Below are positions 9,672 to 18,530 of a stretch of DNA of 64,000 bases, piece by piece (position 1 is the first letter of the stretch; each line of letters starts with the position of its first letter). The position numbers and the translations under genes were made by a program. The notes below the pieces were generated by a model, which was not told where the DNA came from, ran no database searches, and saw nothing but the letters and a program-made list of their open reading frames with translations. The stretch comes from Minisyncoccia bacterium (GTDB taxonomy: Bacteria > Patescibacteriota > Minisyncoccia > 2-02-FULL-40-12 > IGHO2-01-FULL-4-A), in NCBI GenBank assembly GCA_050015375.1, contig JBEKBN010000003.1, forward strand, positions 16,127-80,126. Reading direction: 5' to 3'.

Positions 9672-10225
9672 TGTTATTAGAAATCGGAAATATTACCAAT
9701 TACGATAGAGATATAATCCCATTTACAAAAAATGGGATTGTTATTGATACAAGCATAATAAAAATTCTCATAGACGGTATCATAGCCACAAGGATAAGCA
9801 AAAAGAATCTAAACGAACTACCAGAATACAAAAATCTATTAGATTTCCTTGCCCTAATCAAGATGAACAATAAATGGGAAAAACTTTTTGTTACCCCACA
9901 TATTCTATCGGAGGTATGTAGACATTTTCGAGATGACTATTCGGACTATAAAAATTATAGAAACATTGTAGGAGAGGTTTTCCCCTTATTAAAAATCATG
10001 GAAGAACACATGGTAAGCAAGGAAAACATCATTGGCCATATTGATTATGATAATCCCGTGATTGAGATAGGCGACATATCTATATTTGCAGTCGCACAGG
10101 ATTTCATTAGTGAAAAAAAGAAAACTGCCATATTGGCCAAGGATAAAAGGATAAATGATAAGTATAAGGACGACTCCTATATTATGGTTATGGACTATCA
10201 AGCAATAATGCTAAGCCTCTTATAG
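9671..10225 (+). CDS. PIN-domain-like protein (putative VapC-like nuclease)
   Basis: N-terminal GIVIDTSIIKILIDG resembles the PIN hhhDTShh motif. Translationally coupled to the upstream small ORF. Confidence 0.35.
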   Translation: MLLEIGNITNYDRDIIPFTKNGIVIDTSIIKILIDGIIATRISKKNLNELPEYKNLLDFLALIKMNNKWEKLFVTPHILSEVCRHFRDDYSDYKNYRNIVGEVFPLLKIMEEHMVSKENIIGHIDYDNPVIEIGDISIFAVAQDFISEKKKTAILAKDKRINDKYKDDSYIMVMDYQAIMLSLL

Positions 10226-10572
10226 TCTTACCAGTTCTTGACGATTCCAAACGGCGAAGAGCCAGTTATGGCCATTAAAGCGGTTCTGACTTGGTTCAAC
10301 GCCCAGAGCTTTGGGGTTTTGTTCAAAACGACCGTGCCCTGTCACGGTTGGATGTTCAAAAAATACCCGAAAAAGGGTGTTTTTTGATTTTCAAGATCCA
10401 GCCGACTTAGTTCGAGTCCGTTTCCCATGAGGATCGAGATAAGTCCGCTGGTCTCCTGAAATTGATACCAAGTTGGTTACTTGTTTATAAGTTTTTAAAC
10501 AAACAAATACACCTATGATATAATAAAAACGGTCGTTTCTATTAAAACAATAACTAAGTAGTTATATTTATT

Positions 10573-11214
10573 ATGAATTATTTAGTATTTTTCTTCTTTT
10601 TGCATAATGTTTTAGCCACGTTCGTTTTAGGTATGAAGTTCGTAAAGCGCACTAGTGGTGTTTTTAAGAACTTCGGTATTGCTTTATTGTTAGATGCTGT
10701 TGCTTTCCTGGTGTGGTTATTCGGAATAATGCAACAAGGCAGTTTATTGATAAGTGTCACAATAGGTGCAGTGGTTTTTCTTGTTTCCCTGGTCTTTATG
10801 TTACGTGCCGCTTTCGAAGATACGCAAGCAAGCACTCGTCGGTTGGCAACGATAATAGGCGCCATTGCGGTAGTCGGTATATTCTATGTTGGACACATTC
10901 AGCCAGAAACAGCATATATTTCCCAAGAGGGCTTCTTTTTCTTTAACTTAGGGCCGTTGATGCAGATGCTATATATTTTTGGATTGGCGTTTACTGCTCT
11001 CCCGGCAATTGATTTATTGACTGATAAATTTAAATCATCTTATGCCGTACTCGTCCGCTATGGTTTTATCGCTGAAGTGGTCACCGGCATTATGCTTATT
11101 ACAAGCAAAAACACCCAGGTCCTCTATATTTCCGGGTGGATCTCTGGACTTATGTATCTTCTTCTCTGGACAACACTTCTCTTCAGTCGAAAAGCTTGGG
11201 CAAGCACTAGCTAA
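10573..11214 (+). CDS. multi-pass membrane protein
   Basis: 213-aa ORF with about 6 hydrophobic helices. Confidence 0.5.
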   Translation: MNYLVFFFFLHNVLATFVLGMKFVKRTSGVFKNFGIALLLDAVAFLVWLFGIMQQGSLLISVTIGAVVFLVSLVFMLRAAFEDTQASTRRLATIIGAIAVVGIFYVGHIQPETAYISQEGFFFFNLGPLMQMLYIFGLAFTALPAIDLLTDKFKSSYAVLVRYGFIAEVVTGIMLITSKNTQVLYISGWISGLMYLLLWTTLLFSRKAWASTS

Positions 11215-11302
11215 CCCCGTCATAATAAAGTAGGATTTATTTAGAACTTTAGTGTTAAAGTGTGTTTAGATTTAAAGAAAACTAGAGGGTAAAATAAGTC
11301 CA

Positions 11303-12412
11303 ATGGATAAACAAATTATAAATTATAGTAACTGTTGGGAGGATTCGGATGTATTGACTAAAGCGCTTAATATAAATTCTGGCGATGACATCTTGTCTAT
11401 TACTTCAGGGGGGTGCAATACTCTTGCACTTTTATTACAAAATCCAAGAAGCATTGTCGCGGTGGATTTTAATTCAGCGCAAAATTACCTTTTAGAATTA
11501 AAGGTTGCATCTTTTCGCATTCTTTCATACGACGAATGTCTTGCTTTTTTTGGAATAACGAAATCAGATGAGCGTTTACAAATATTTGACCGCTTGAAGA
11601 ATGGAATTACTCACGAAGCGCGACAGTGGTGGATGAAAAACACGGATTTGATAAATAAAGGGATTATTAATGTTGGGAAATTTGAACACTACCTCTCAAT
11701 ATTTAGAACAAAAATTATGCCGCTTATTCATTCAAAAAAGACTATCCGAAATTTATTTTTGTCCGATTCTCTAGCTAATCAAAAGAAATTTTATGATGAG
11801 ATATGGAATACATGGTTATGGAGGTTCGCATTTAGAATATTTTTTAGTCGCATGATAATGGATCGATTTGGCCGAAGAAAAGGTTCGTTTGCCCATACTC
11901 AAATTGATAATGTAGCAAACCATTATTTTGAACGAGCGAGGCATGGTCTTATAGAGATATCAATCCAGAATAATTATTTAATAAATTATATTTTTACCGG
12001 CACATTTAATAGAAACAATATGCCCCCGTATTTGCAGAGGAATAATTATAATACTTTGAAGACCCGTCTTGGTAGATTAAAAATTGTAACCGCGGGTATT
12101 AATGAATTTCTTCAAACATCCAAAGATAATGCTTTTTCAAAGTTCAATTTATCTGATATTTTTGAAACCATGAATCAAGATGAGGCAGATTCTGTATTTG
12201 AAGAAATCGTCAGAGTAGGCAGGAATAATAGTATTTTTGCATTTTGGAATAACTTGGTAGATCGCAAGCCCCCGGATACCTTAAAGGCCTCCGTATTTGA
12301 AAATCGTGAAATTTCTAATAAATTATTCAGCGTTGACAGAGGATTTATGTACAGTGATTTTTTAGTATATTTTATAAATAAAGACATTGAAAAACCTCAA
12401 TATGCCTTATAA
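11303..12412 (+). CDS. BtaA-like (DUF3419) S-adenosylmethionine-dependent 3-amino-3-carboxypropyl transferase family protein
   Basis: N-terminal YSNCWEDSDVL...GDDILSITSGGCNTLALLL...VAVDFNSAQNYLLELK matches the characteristic DUF3419/BtaA N-terminal block (CWED, SxxSGGCN, AVDxNxxQ). Confidence 0.55.
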   Translation: MDKQIINYSNCWEDSDVLTKALNINSGDDILSITSGGCNTLALLLQNPRSIVAVDFNSAQNYLLELKVASFRILSYDECLAFFGITKSDERLQIFDRLKNGITHEARQWWMKNTDLINKGIINVGKFEHYLSIFRTKIMPLIHSKKTIRNLFLSDSLANQKKFYDEIWNTWLWRFAFRIFFSRMIMDRFGRRKGSFAHTQIDNVANHYFERARHGLIEISIQNNYLINYIFTGTFNRNNMPPYLQRNNYNTLKTRLGRLKIVTAGINEFLQTSKDNAFSKFNLSDIFETMNQDEADSVFEEIVRVGRNNSIFAFWNNLVDRKPPDTLKASVFENREISNKLFSVDRGFMYSDFLVYFINKDIEKPQYAL

Positions 12413-13562
12413 AAATTTGTCCGATTTAACAAAGGGTATTTACCTTTTACCATGGAATAGAAGCGACAATCCTAACGGATGGGTTGAGCCCTCCACTTTT
12501 TGCCAGTTAAAATGCCCGGGATGTTATCGTGCTTTGAATAAGGACGGTGCCGTTCGTGTCCATGAGGATTTGTCAGACATGAAAAAACAAATTGATATGT
12601 TCGTAAAAACTCGTAATGTTCAGACAATATCAATTTCGGGCGGAGAACCGTTGCTATATCCCAAACTCAAAGAACTTTTATCGTACATAAAATTGAAAGG
12701 ATTAAAGACTAAAATCTTTACTAACGGAATTGCTTTAGACGAGAAGAATCTCCGGGAACTAAAAAATCACGGGGCTAATGAATTTATAATTCACATCGAC
12801 AAATCTCAAGGCAGACAAGGTTATCATAATGAAAACGAACTTAATAAATTAAGAAGATATTATTGTGATTTATTCAGAAAAATCGGCGGTGTTAATTTAA
12901 GCTTTATCATGCCGATTTCGAAAGAAACATTGTCAGATATAAAGCCGGTATTATCTTTTTGCAGAGAAAATGCTGATATTGTTGGCCTAATTGTTTTTAC
13001 ATTGTATAGCGATGTTGTCTGGAATGAAAGTGAAAAGAAGAACATTAACACAGACCTCGCCATTTTGGATATTGTAAATCAGATACAGGAGAATTTTAAA
13101 TTCAAACCATGTGCATATCTTGGAAGCACAGAAAACTTGGCTTATCCATCTTGGCTTTTTTCAATGTCGATTGGTTTAAAGGACAAAATACTTGGTTTTT
13201 TTGACGGCAGAGTATACAAAGCAATTCAAGAAAAACATCATTCTCAACACGGTACGTATCTATATACCAAAATTAATAAACCAATTCTTGCCCGGCAATT
13301 GATAAAACTTCTTGGTTTCAGCTCAATTCGCCGCATTCTGGCTAATTATTCAAAAAATGTAATTATAAATCCTAAAAAAAGAGAAAAGTTATATATGCAA
13401 ACCTTGCTAATACTTCGCGGCCCAAAATTTGCCTCTGACGGCAGTAGGAATCTCTGTGCCGGCTGTCCCGATGCAATGTACTACAATGGTAAACTGGTTC
13501 CTTCATGTATTTTAGAAGAAGTTAAGCAGGGTGAACATAAAAATACAGAATTTACACTATGA
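12387..13562 (+). CDS. radical SAM enzyme (possibly with a C-terminal SPASM/twitch-like Cys cluster)
   Basis: CQLKCPGC (CX3CX2C) and SISGGEPLLYP. C-terminal CAGCPDAMYYNGKLVPSC. Overlaps the upstream gene by 26 nt. Confidence 0.8.
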   Translation: MKNLNMPYKNLSDLTKGIYLLPWNRSDNPNGWVEPSTFCQLKCPGCYRALNKDGAVRVHEDLSDMKKQIDMFVKTRNVQTISISGGEPLLYPKLKELLSYIKLKGLKTKIFTNGIALDEKNLRELKNHGANEFIIHIDKSQGRQGYHNENELNKLRRYYCDLFRKIGGVNLSFIMPISKETLSDIKPVLSFCRENADIVGLIVFTLYSDVVWNESEKKNINTDLAILDIVNQIQENFKFKPCAYLGSTENLAYPSWLFSMSIGLKDKILGFFDGRVYKAIQEKHHSQHGTYLYTKINKPILARQLIKLLGFSSIRRILANYSKNVIINPKKREKLYMQTLLILRGPKFASDGSRNLCAGCPDAMYYNGKLVPSCILEEVKQGEHKNTEFTL

Positions 13563-14443
13563 TTCTGGAAAACTATTCCTTAGTTAAGCGAATAATAAAA
13601 TATAGTAATGAGCGTTTTCCAATAATACTATGTTTAACCACAGCGTCGGTAGTTTTTAGTTCATTTGTTATTTCAACAGGAAAACTAGTACCGGAAATAA
13701 ATACAAATTTTGTCGTAGGATTTGTAACTGGATTGCTATATTTATTTCACATTAGGTTATTCGATGAATTAAAGGATTTTGAGCATGACTCTAAATACTA
13801 TCCGAAAAGACCTGTAATAAGAGGGCTGCTTTCATTAAATGAAATAAAGAACATCGCAATTGTTGCAATATTATTTGAATTTATCGCAAATCTGTTTGTT
13901 CCGACTAAAGTTTTCCTTTTTTTTCTAATCCTATTTGCCTATTCCGCTGTATGCAGATATGAGTTTTTTATCAGTGATTTGTTGAGACGTAACTTTTTCG
14001 TCTACAATATACTTCATTATTTCCAGATGTCATTGGTGGTCGTTTATCTTTATATTCTCGCCGGGGTGGATCTGCGTCATCTGGATAAATTGTTAATTCT
14101 ACATTTTATTTTTACTAATCTGACTTTTACTCTCATAGAATGGGCGCGAAAAATGAGGATTATTTCAGAAGAAAATGAGAGCAAGGACACATATTCAGCC
14201 CGCTTGGGTATAAGAGGAGTTTCTTTAGTATTTCTTATAATGGCGGCATCGACTTTTATTTGCTTCGGTTTTATCAAGGCAATGGTTGGATCATTCGGAC
14301 ATTCTATGTTTCTTTCTATATTGGGATTCATTCTCGTAATAACAGCAACACTTCTTTATGCTATAAAAAGGACAAAACTTTCAACAAATGCGCTTCAAAT
14401 ATCCTCTATTATATTTTTTGTGCTACTTCATTTTTCGGTTTAA
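13559..14443 (+). CDS. UbiA-family prenyltransferase-like membrane protein
   Basis: FDELKDFEHD (Asp-rich motif) and YPKRPVIRG (UbiA R-P-x-x-x-G motif). About 8 TM helices. 4-nt overlap with the upstream gene. Confidence 0.5.
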   Translation: MILENYSLVKRIIKYSNERFPIILCLTTASVVFSSFVISTGKLVPEINTNFVVGFVTGLLYLFHIRLFDELKDFEHDSKYYPKRPVIRGLLSLNEIKNIAIVAILFEFIANLFVPTKVFLFFLILFAYSAVCRYEFFISDLLRRNFFVYNILHYFQMSLVVVYLYILAGVDLRHLDKLLILHFIFTNLTFTLIEWARKMRIISEENESKDTYSARLGIRGVSLVFLIMAASTFICFGFIKAMVGSFGHSMFLSILGFILVITATLLYAIKRTKLSTNALQISSIIFFVLLHFSV

Positions 14444-14452
14444 ATAATAATC

Positions 14453-16888
14453 ATGCTATACACGCTTTCCAATATTATCGATAAGGACCTGGTTAAATTG
14501 GGTGGCAAAGGACTTAATCTGTACCTTCTTACAAAAGAGGGGCTACCGATTCCAGAATGGTTCATAATCCCGGCGGATGCAGATCTAAAAGAAATAGAAC
14601 CTCAAATCATGGCTCACTACAACCGATTAGCAAAAGATGGAGGTGTCGCGGTTAGATCATCTGCCAATGTGGAAGATGCGAAAGATATGTCTTTCGCAGG
14701 CCAATTCAGTAGTTACCTTAACATAAATACCTTTGAAGATTTGCACGAAGCGATTCAAAAAGTAAGAGAATCGGTAAATTCAAAAGTTGTTTCGAAATAT
14801 TTAAAAAATAATAATCTTCAGAAGGAGTCGATTAAAATGTCAGTTATTGTTCAAAAAATGATTTGTAGCGATATTTCCGGCGTTATGTTTACTGCCAATC
14901 CTATAACTGCCAATACCGACGAACTTATAATAAACTCTGCAACTGGTGTAGATTCTGTTGTGAAAGGAATAAAAGCAAATGTTCATATTTTTAATAAACG
15001 CAAGGGTTTAATTTTGGATACTGGATCTAAAATTCAAAACGGACTTAATAATGGACTTCTTGATAAACTGTTTAAAATTGGTATAAAAATTGAAAATATA
15101 TTTAACTCCCCGCAAGATATTGAATGGGCGATCAAAGACAAAGAAATATTTATTCTACAAAGCAGACCCATAACAAAGCTGAACAAATTTGAGGAACAGC
15201 TTTGGGATAATTCTAATATTTCCGAAAGTTATAGCGGGGTTACGATGCCCTTAACGATATCTTTTGCCAGGCGAATTTATTCGACCGTATACCGGGAAGT
15301 TGCCTTAACTTCAGGTGTTTCTAGACAGGTTATTGAGGATAACAAGCAACTTTTTGATAATATGCTTGGTTTTTTTAGAGGCAGATTTTTTTATAACATG
15401 GATAATTGGTATCGTTTGCTTTTATTTTTCCCAGCATTCGGTTTTACCAAAGGTTCCATGGAACAGATGATGAGCGTAAAAGAATTTCATAACTTTGATA
15501 AAACGATAAACAATTCATGGTTTTTTAATGTTAGATATATTCTTAGGGCAACTTACAGGTTTTTTAATTTTAACCATGAAATTAAGTCTTTTAAAGAAAT
15601 ATTCCATCAAACTTACGACCCTTTAAAAACCCTTGACCTATCGACCCTAACGGAGTTGGAATTATTGGCTTTATATAATAAAGTCGAGAGCAAAATTCTT
15701 CGACCATGGCACACGGCAATAGATAATGATTTTCTGGCAATGATCTTTTATGGACTTCTCCGGAAATTAACCGATCGTTGGGGACTTAATAAAATAAACC
15801 CGTCAATTTATAACGATCTTCTTTCGGGTATGAATAATGTCGCAAGTGCGGAACAAACCGAACAATTGTTAAAAATTACATCTCTCATCCGGGATAATAA
15901 AAAAGTACTAGAACTCTTTAATCAGGCAAACAGTGGGGTTTTGTATAATAAATATAAGCAAAAAGAATTTAATCCAGAGCTTCTAGGAGCAATCGATATT
16001 TATTTAGACAGATTTGGCGACCGTTTTGCTAATGAACTTAAATTGGAAGAACCAAATATAAAAGAGTCACCGGAAAAACTATTTAGTTTGATTAGGGTGT
16101 ATTTATCTATATTGCCCGAGAAGTTTGATGAGAAAATCAAAGGAAGAAATTCAATAAAATTACAGGCTATCGAATATCTTAAATCCAATTTAAACCCAAT
16201 AAAAAAGTTATTAATATTTTATGTTCTAAAACAATCTGAACGGTTCTTGAAAAATCGAGAACAGATGAGGTTAATGAGAGCAAAAATTTTCGGGTTTATC
16301 AGAAATATTTTCAAGGAAATTGGAACTAAATTTGAGATGAATAATATCATTGATAAATCAGATGATATATTTTTTCTGGAAATTGACGAAATTGCTAGAT
16401 TTATTGAAGGTTCTTCGTGCTGCTCAAACCTTAAAGATTTAATAAAGATTAGAGAAAAAGAATTTGATATTTATAAGCGCGAAAACATGGATGACAGATT
16501 TTATACTCACGGTGTCCCGTATTTAGATATTCCTTTATCAAAACCTGATTATGAGGTGGGGCAACAACCTAGAGTACTAAAGGGATTGCCAAGCTCTCCC
16601 GGAAAAGCTTGGGGTAAGGTTCAACTCATGGAAGAATTCAGCTATGAAATTGACGGGGGCGCAAGAATATTGATAACAAAGCATACAGATCCCGGCTGGA
16701 CGCCTATATTCAGTCGTTTCAGTGGAATTATCGTCGAAAATGGCGGGCAGCTTTCGCATGCCTCCATCGTATCACGAGAACTCGGCATTCCTTGCATTGT
16801 CGGAATTAAAGACGTGACGAGGATTATTAAAAATGGCGCCATGATAACCATGGATGGATCAAGAGGAGAATTGATAATTGGAAAATAA
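14453..16888 (+). CDS. PEP-utilizing enzyme family phosphotransferase (PEP synthase / rifampin-phosphotransferase-like three-domain architecture)
   Basis: N-terminal ATP-grasp KLGGKGLNLYLLTKEGLPIPEWFII. C-terminal phosphohistidine mobile domain GGQLSHASIVSRELGIPCIVG. 811 aa. Confidence 0.75.
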   Translation: MLYTLSNIIDKDLVKLGGKGLNLYLLTKEGLPIPEWFIIPADADLKEIEPQIMAHYNRLAKDGGVAVRSSANVEDAKDMSFAGQFSSYLNINTFEDLHEAIQKVRESVNSKVVSKYLKNNNLQKESIKMSVIVQKMICSDISGVMFTANPITANTDELIINSATGVDSVVKGIKANVHIFNKRKGLILDTGSKIQNGLNNGLLDKLFKIGIKIENIFNSPQDIEWAIKDKEIFILQSRPITKLNKFEEQLWDNSNISESYSGVTMPLTISFARRIYSTVYREVALTSGVSRQVIEDNKQLFDNMLGFFRGRFFYNMDNWYRLLLFFPAFGFTKGSMEQMMSVKEFHNFDKTINNSWFFNVRYILRATYRFFNFNHEIKSFKEIFHQTYDPLKTLDLSTLTELELLALYNKVESKILRPWHTAIDNDFLAMIFYGLLRKLTDRWGLNKINPSIYNDLLSGMNNVASAEQTEQLLKITSLIRDNKKVLELFNQANSGVLYNKYKQKEFNPELLGAIDIYLDRFGDRFANELKLEEPNIKESPEKLFSLIRVYLSILPEKFDEKIKGRNSIKLQAIEYLKSNLNPIKKLLIFYVLKQSERFLKNREQMRLMRAKIFGFIRNIFKEIGTKFEMNNIIDKSDDIFFLEIDEIARFIEGSSCCSNLKDLIKIREKEFDIYKRENMDDRFYTHGVPYLDIPLSKPDYEVGQQPRVLKGLPSSPGKAWGKVQLMEEFSYEIDGGARILITKHTDPGWTPIFSRFSGIIVENGGQLSHASIVSRELGIPCIVGIKDVTRIIKNGAMITMDGSRGELIIGK

Positions 16889-16890
16889 AC

Positions 16891-17904
16891 ATGAAAATTC
16901 AGAAATATAATTTTGATGTGAAACAGGTTAACTCCTTTTTGAAATTAATTGATATATTATACTTGAAAAACCAGAATACAAATCTATACAAAAATTTCAT
17001 TTTGGATTCTCTTAAACCTAAAAATCATTTTTATAAATTTGCTGATATCCAGAATTTCTTTGCTTTGGAACACGATTCTCCCCAGGGTCATATCTCCGCA
17101 ATGATTGATAACAGACTTCCTGGAGTCGGGCTCGTTGGTTTTTTTGAATCCTCAAACGCCGAAATTGCTGATAAACTGATAGATTTATCTATTGAATATT
17201 TTCGGGAAAAAGGTGTCACAACTATAAGAGGACCAATTGATTTATCAATTTGGCACAGATATAGATTTGCAAATCCGGCAGATACAGGAAATATATTTTT
17301 ATTCGAACCCTTTAATAAACCCAAATACCCGGAATATTTCTCAAATTATGGATTTAAAATTGCCGAAAAATATTTTTCAGGCTTACGCACTGATTTTAAT
17401 GACATTATCAATTATACGAAAGACGGATACGATAAAGCTTGTCAGAAAGGATTTAAAATAAGAACCATTAAACTCAATGAGTTTAATGAAGAATTAAAAA
17501 TAATTCACAGGCTATCCCTAGAAATATTTAAGGAAAGTTGGTCATTTGTTCCAATATCATTTGAAGAATTTAGTTCAATTTATAAAGGCATTGAGAAAAA
17601 AATTAACCCGCGTTTTTGCGAGTTTATTTGTGACGGAAAAAAGGAAATAGGCTTTTGTTTTAGTATTCCGGATTTTACGAGCCGTGAAAAAAAGTTGATT
17701 ATTAAAACGATAGGCGTACTGCCTGAATACCAGGGTCAAAATTTAGGCTTGGCCTTGATTTACGATCAGCATGTTAAAGCCAAAGCGGACAATTTTGAAA
17801 CAATAGTGTATGCACTTATGAAATATGGCAACAGGGCCTCACAGATTAATCCTTACGGAGCAAAAATATTTCGGGATTACGAGATATACGAATTAGAAAT
17901 ATGA
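16891..17904 (+). CDS. GNAT-fold acetyltransferase-like protein
   Basis: C-terminal VLPEYQGQNLGLALI (Q/RxxGxG/A acetyl-CoA motif). Starts 3 nt after the upstream stop. Confidence 0.4.
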   Translation: MKIQKYNFDVKQVNSFLKLIDILYLKNQNTNLYKNFILDSLKPKNHFYKFADIQNFFALEHDSPQGHISAMIDNRLPGVGLVGFFESSNAEIADKLIDLSIEYFREKGVTTIRGPIDLSIWHRYRFANPADTGNIFLFEPFNKPKYPEYFSNYGFKIAEKYFSGLRTDFNDIINYTKDGYDKACQKGFKIRTIKLNEFNEELKIIHRLSLEIFKESWSFVPISFEEFSSIYKGIEKKINPRFCEFICDGKKEIGFCFSIPDFTSREKKLIIKTIGVLPEYQGQNLGLALIYDQHVKAKADNFETIVYALMKYGNRASQINPYGAKIFRDYEIYELEI

Positions 17905-18530
17905 ATACAATCTTAACATCTTTGGTTTTTCTAGCATCTTTCGTTTTAGTCGAAGCAATTCAGCGAAAAACCAAATTAGAAAACGAATATTCCAGAAAAA
18001 TAGTTCATATAACCTCTGCGATTATCGTTTTTTTAATGCCTTATTATTTGAATCGCCTCGACATTATCGGGTTATCATTATTTTTCATCATTTTTTTATT
18101 AGTAACCAAGAAGTTAGGTTTTTTACAAAGCATTCACAGAGTCGGGCGGCACAGTCTGGGAGAAATATATTTTCCGCTTGGAGTTGGTTTAACAGCTTTT
18201 TTCTTTCTGCCGAATAACATTATTTCATTTCAGTTCGGCTTTTTAATTCTGGGGTTTTCAGATGCCATCGGGGGTCTAGTAGGATACTCACTCGGTAATC
18301 GTAAAACAATATTGCTTGGAAACAAAAGCATTGAGGGAACTGCCACCTTTTTCCTGACAACATTTCTGATATTTATATTTTTCATTTACTCAAAAACGAG
18401 CACAAATCTAATCTCTGCCTTTCCTGTTGTCTTGTTGATCACCCTTACAGAACTTATATTTACTGGCGGTTTAGATAATCTCTTCTTGCCAATTTTATCA
18501 GCAGTCCTTATTAAAGTGCTATTGAGTTGA
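17901..18530 (+). CDS. CTP_transf_1 (CdsA/CarS/dolichol-phytol kinase) superfamily membrane protein
   Basis: GYSLGNRKTILLGNKSIEGTATFF resembles the KxSxEGTxA motif of polyprenol/phytol kinases. About 6 TM helices. 4-nt overlap with the upstream gene. Confidence 0.4.
   Translation: MNTILTSLVFLASFVLVEAIQRKTKLENEYSRKIVHITSAIIVFLMPYYLNRLDIIGLSLFFIIFLLVTKKLGFLQSIHRVGRHSLGEIYFPLGVGLTAFFFLPNNIISFQFGFLILGFSDAIGGLVGYSLGNRKTILLGNKSIEGTATFFLTTFLIFIFFIYSKTSTNLISAFPVVLLITLTELIFTGGLDNLFLPILSAVLIKVLLS

Noticed and set aside
10380-10440. tRNA or tmRNA remnant suggested by a GTTCGAGTCC T-loop-like motif
   Set aside because: No complementary T-stem or acceptor stem could be built on either strand.
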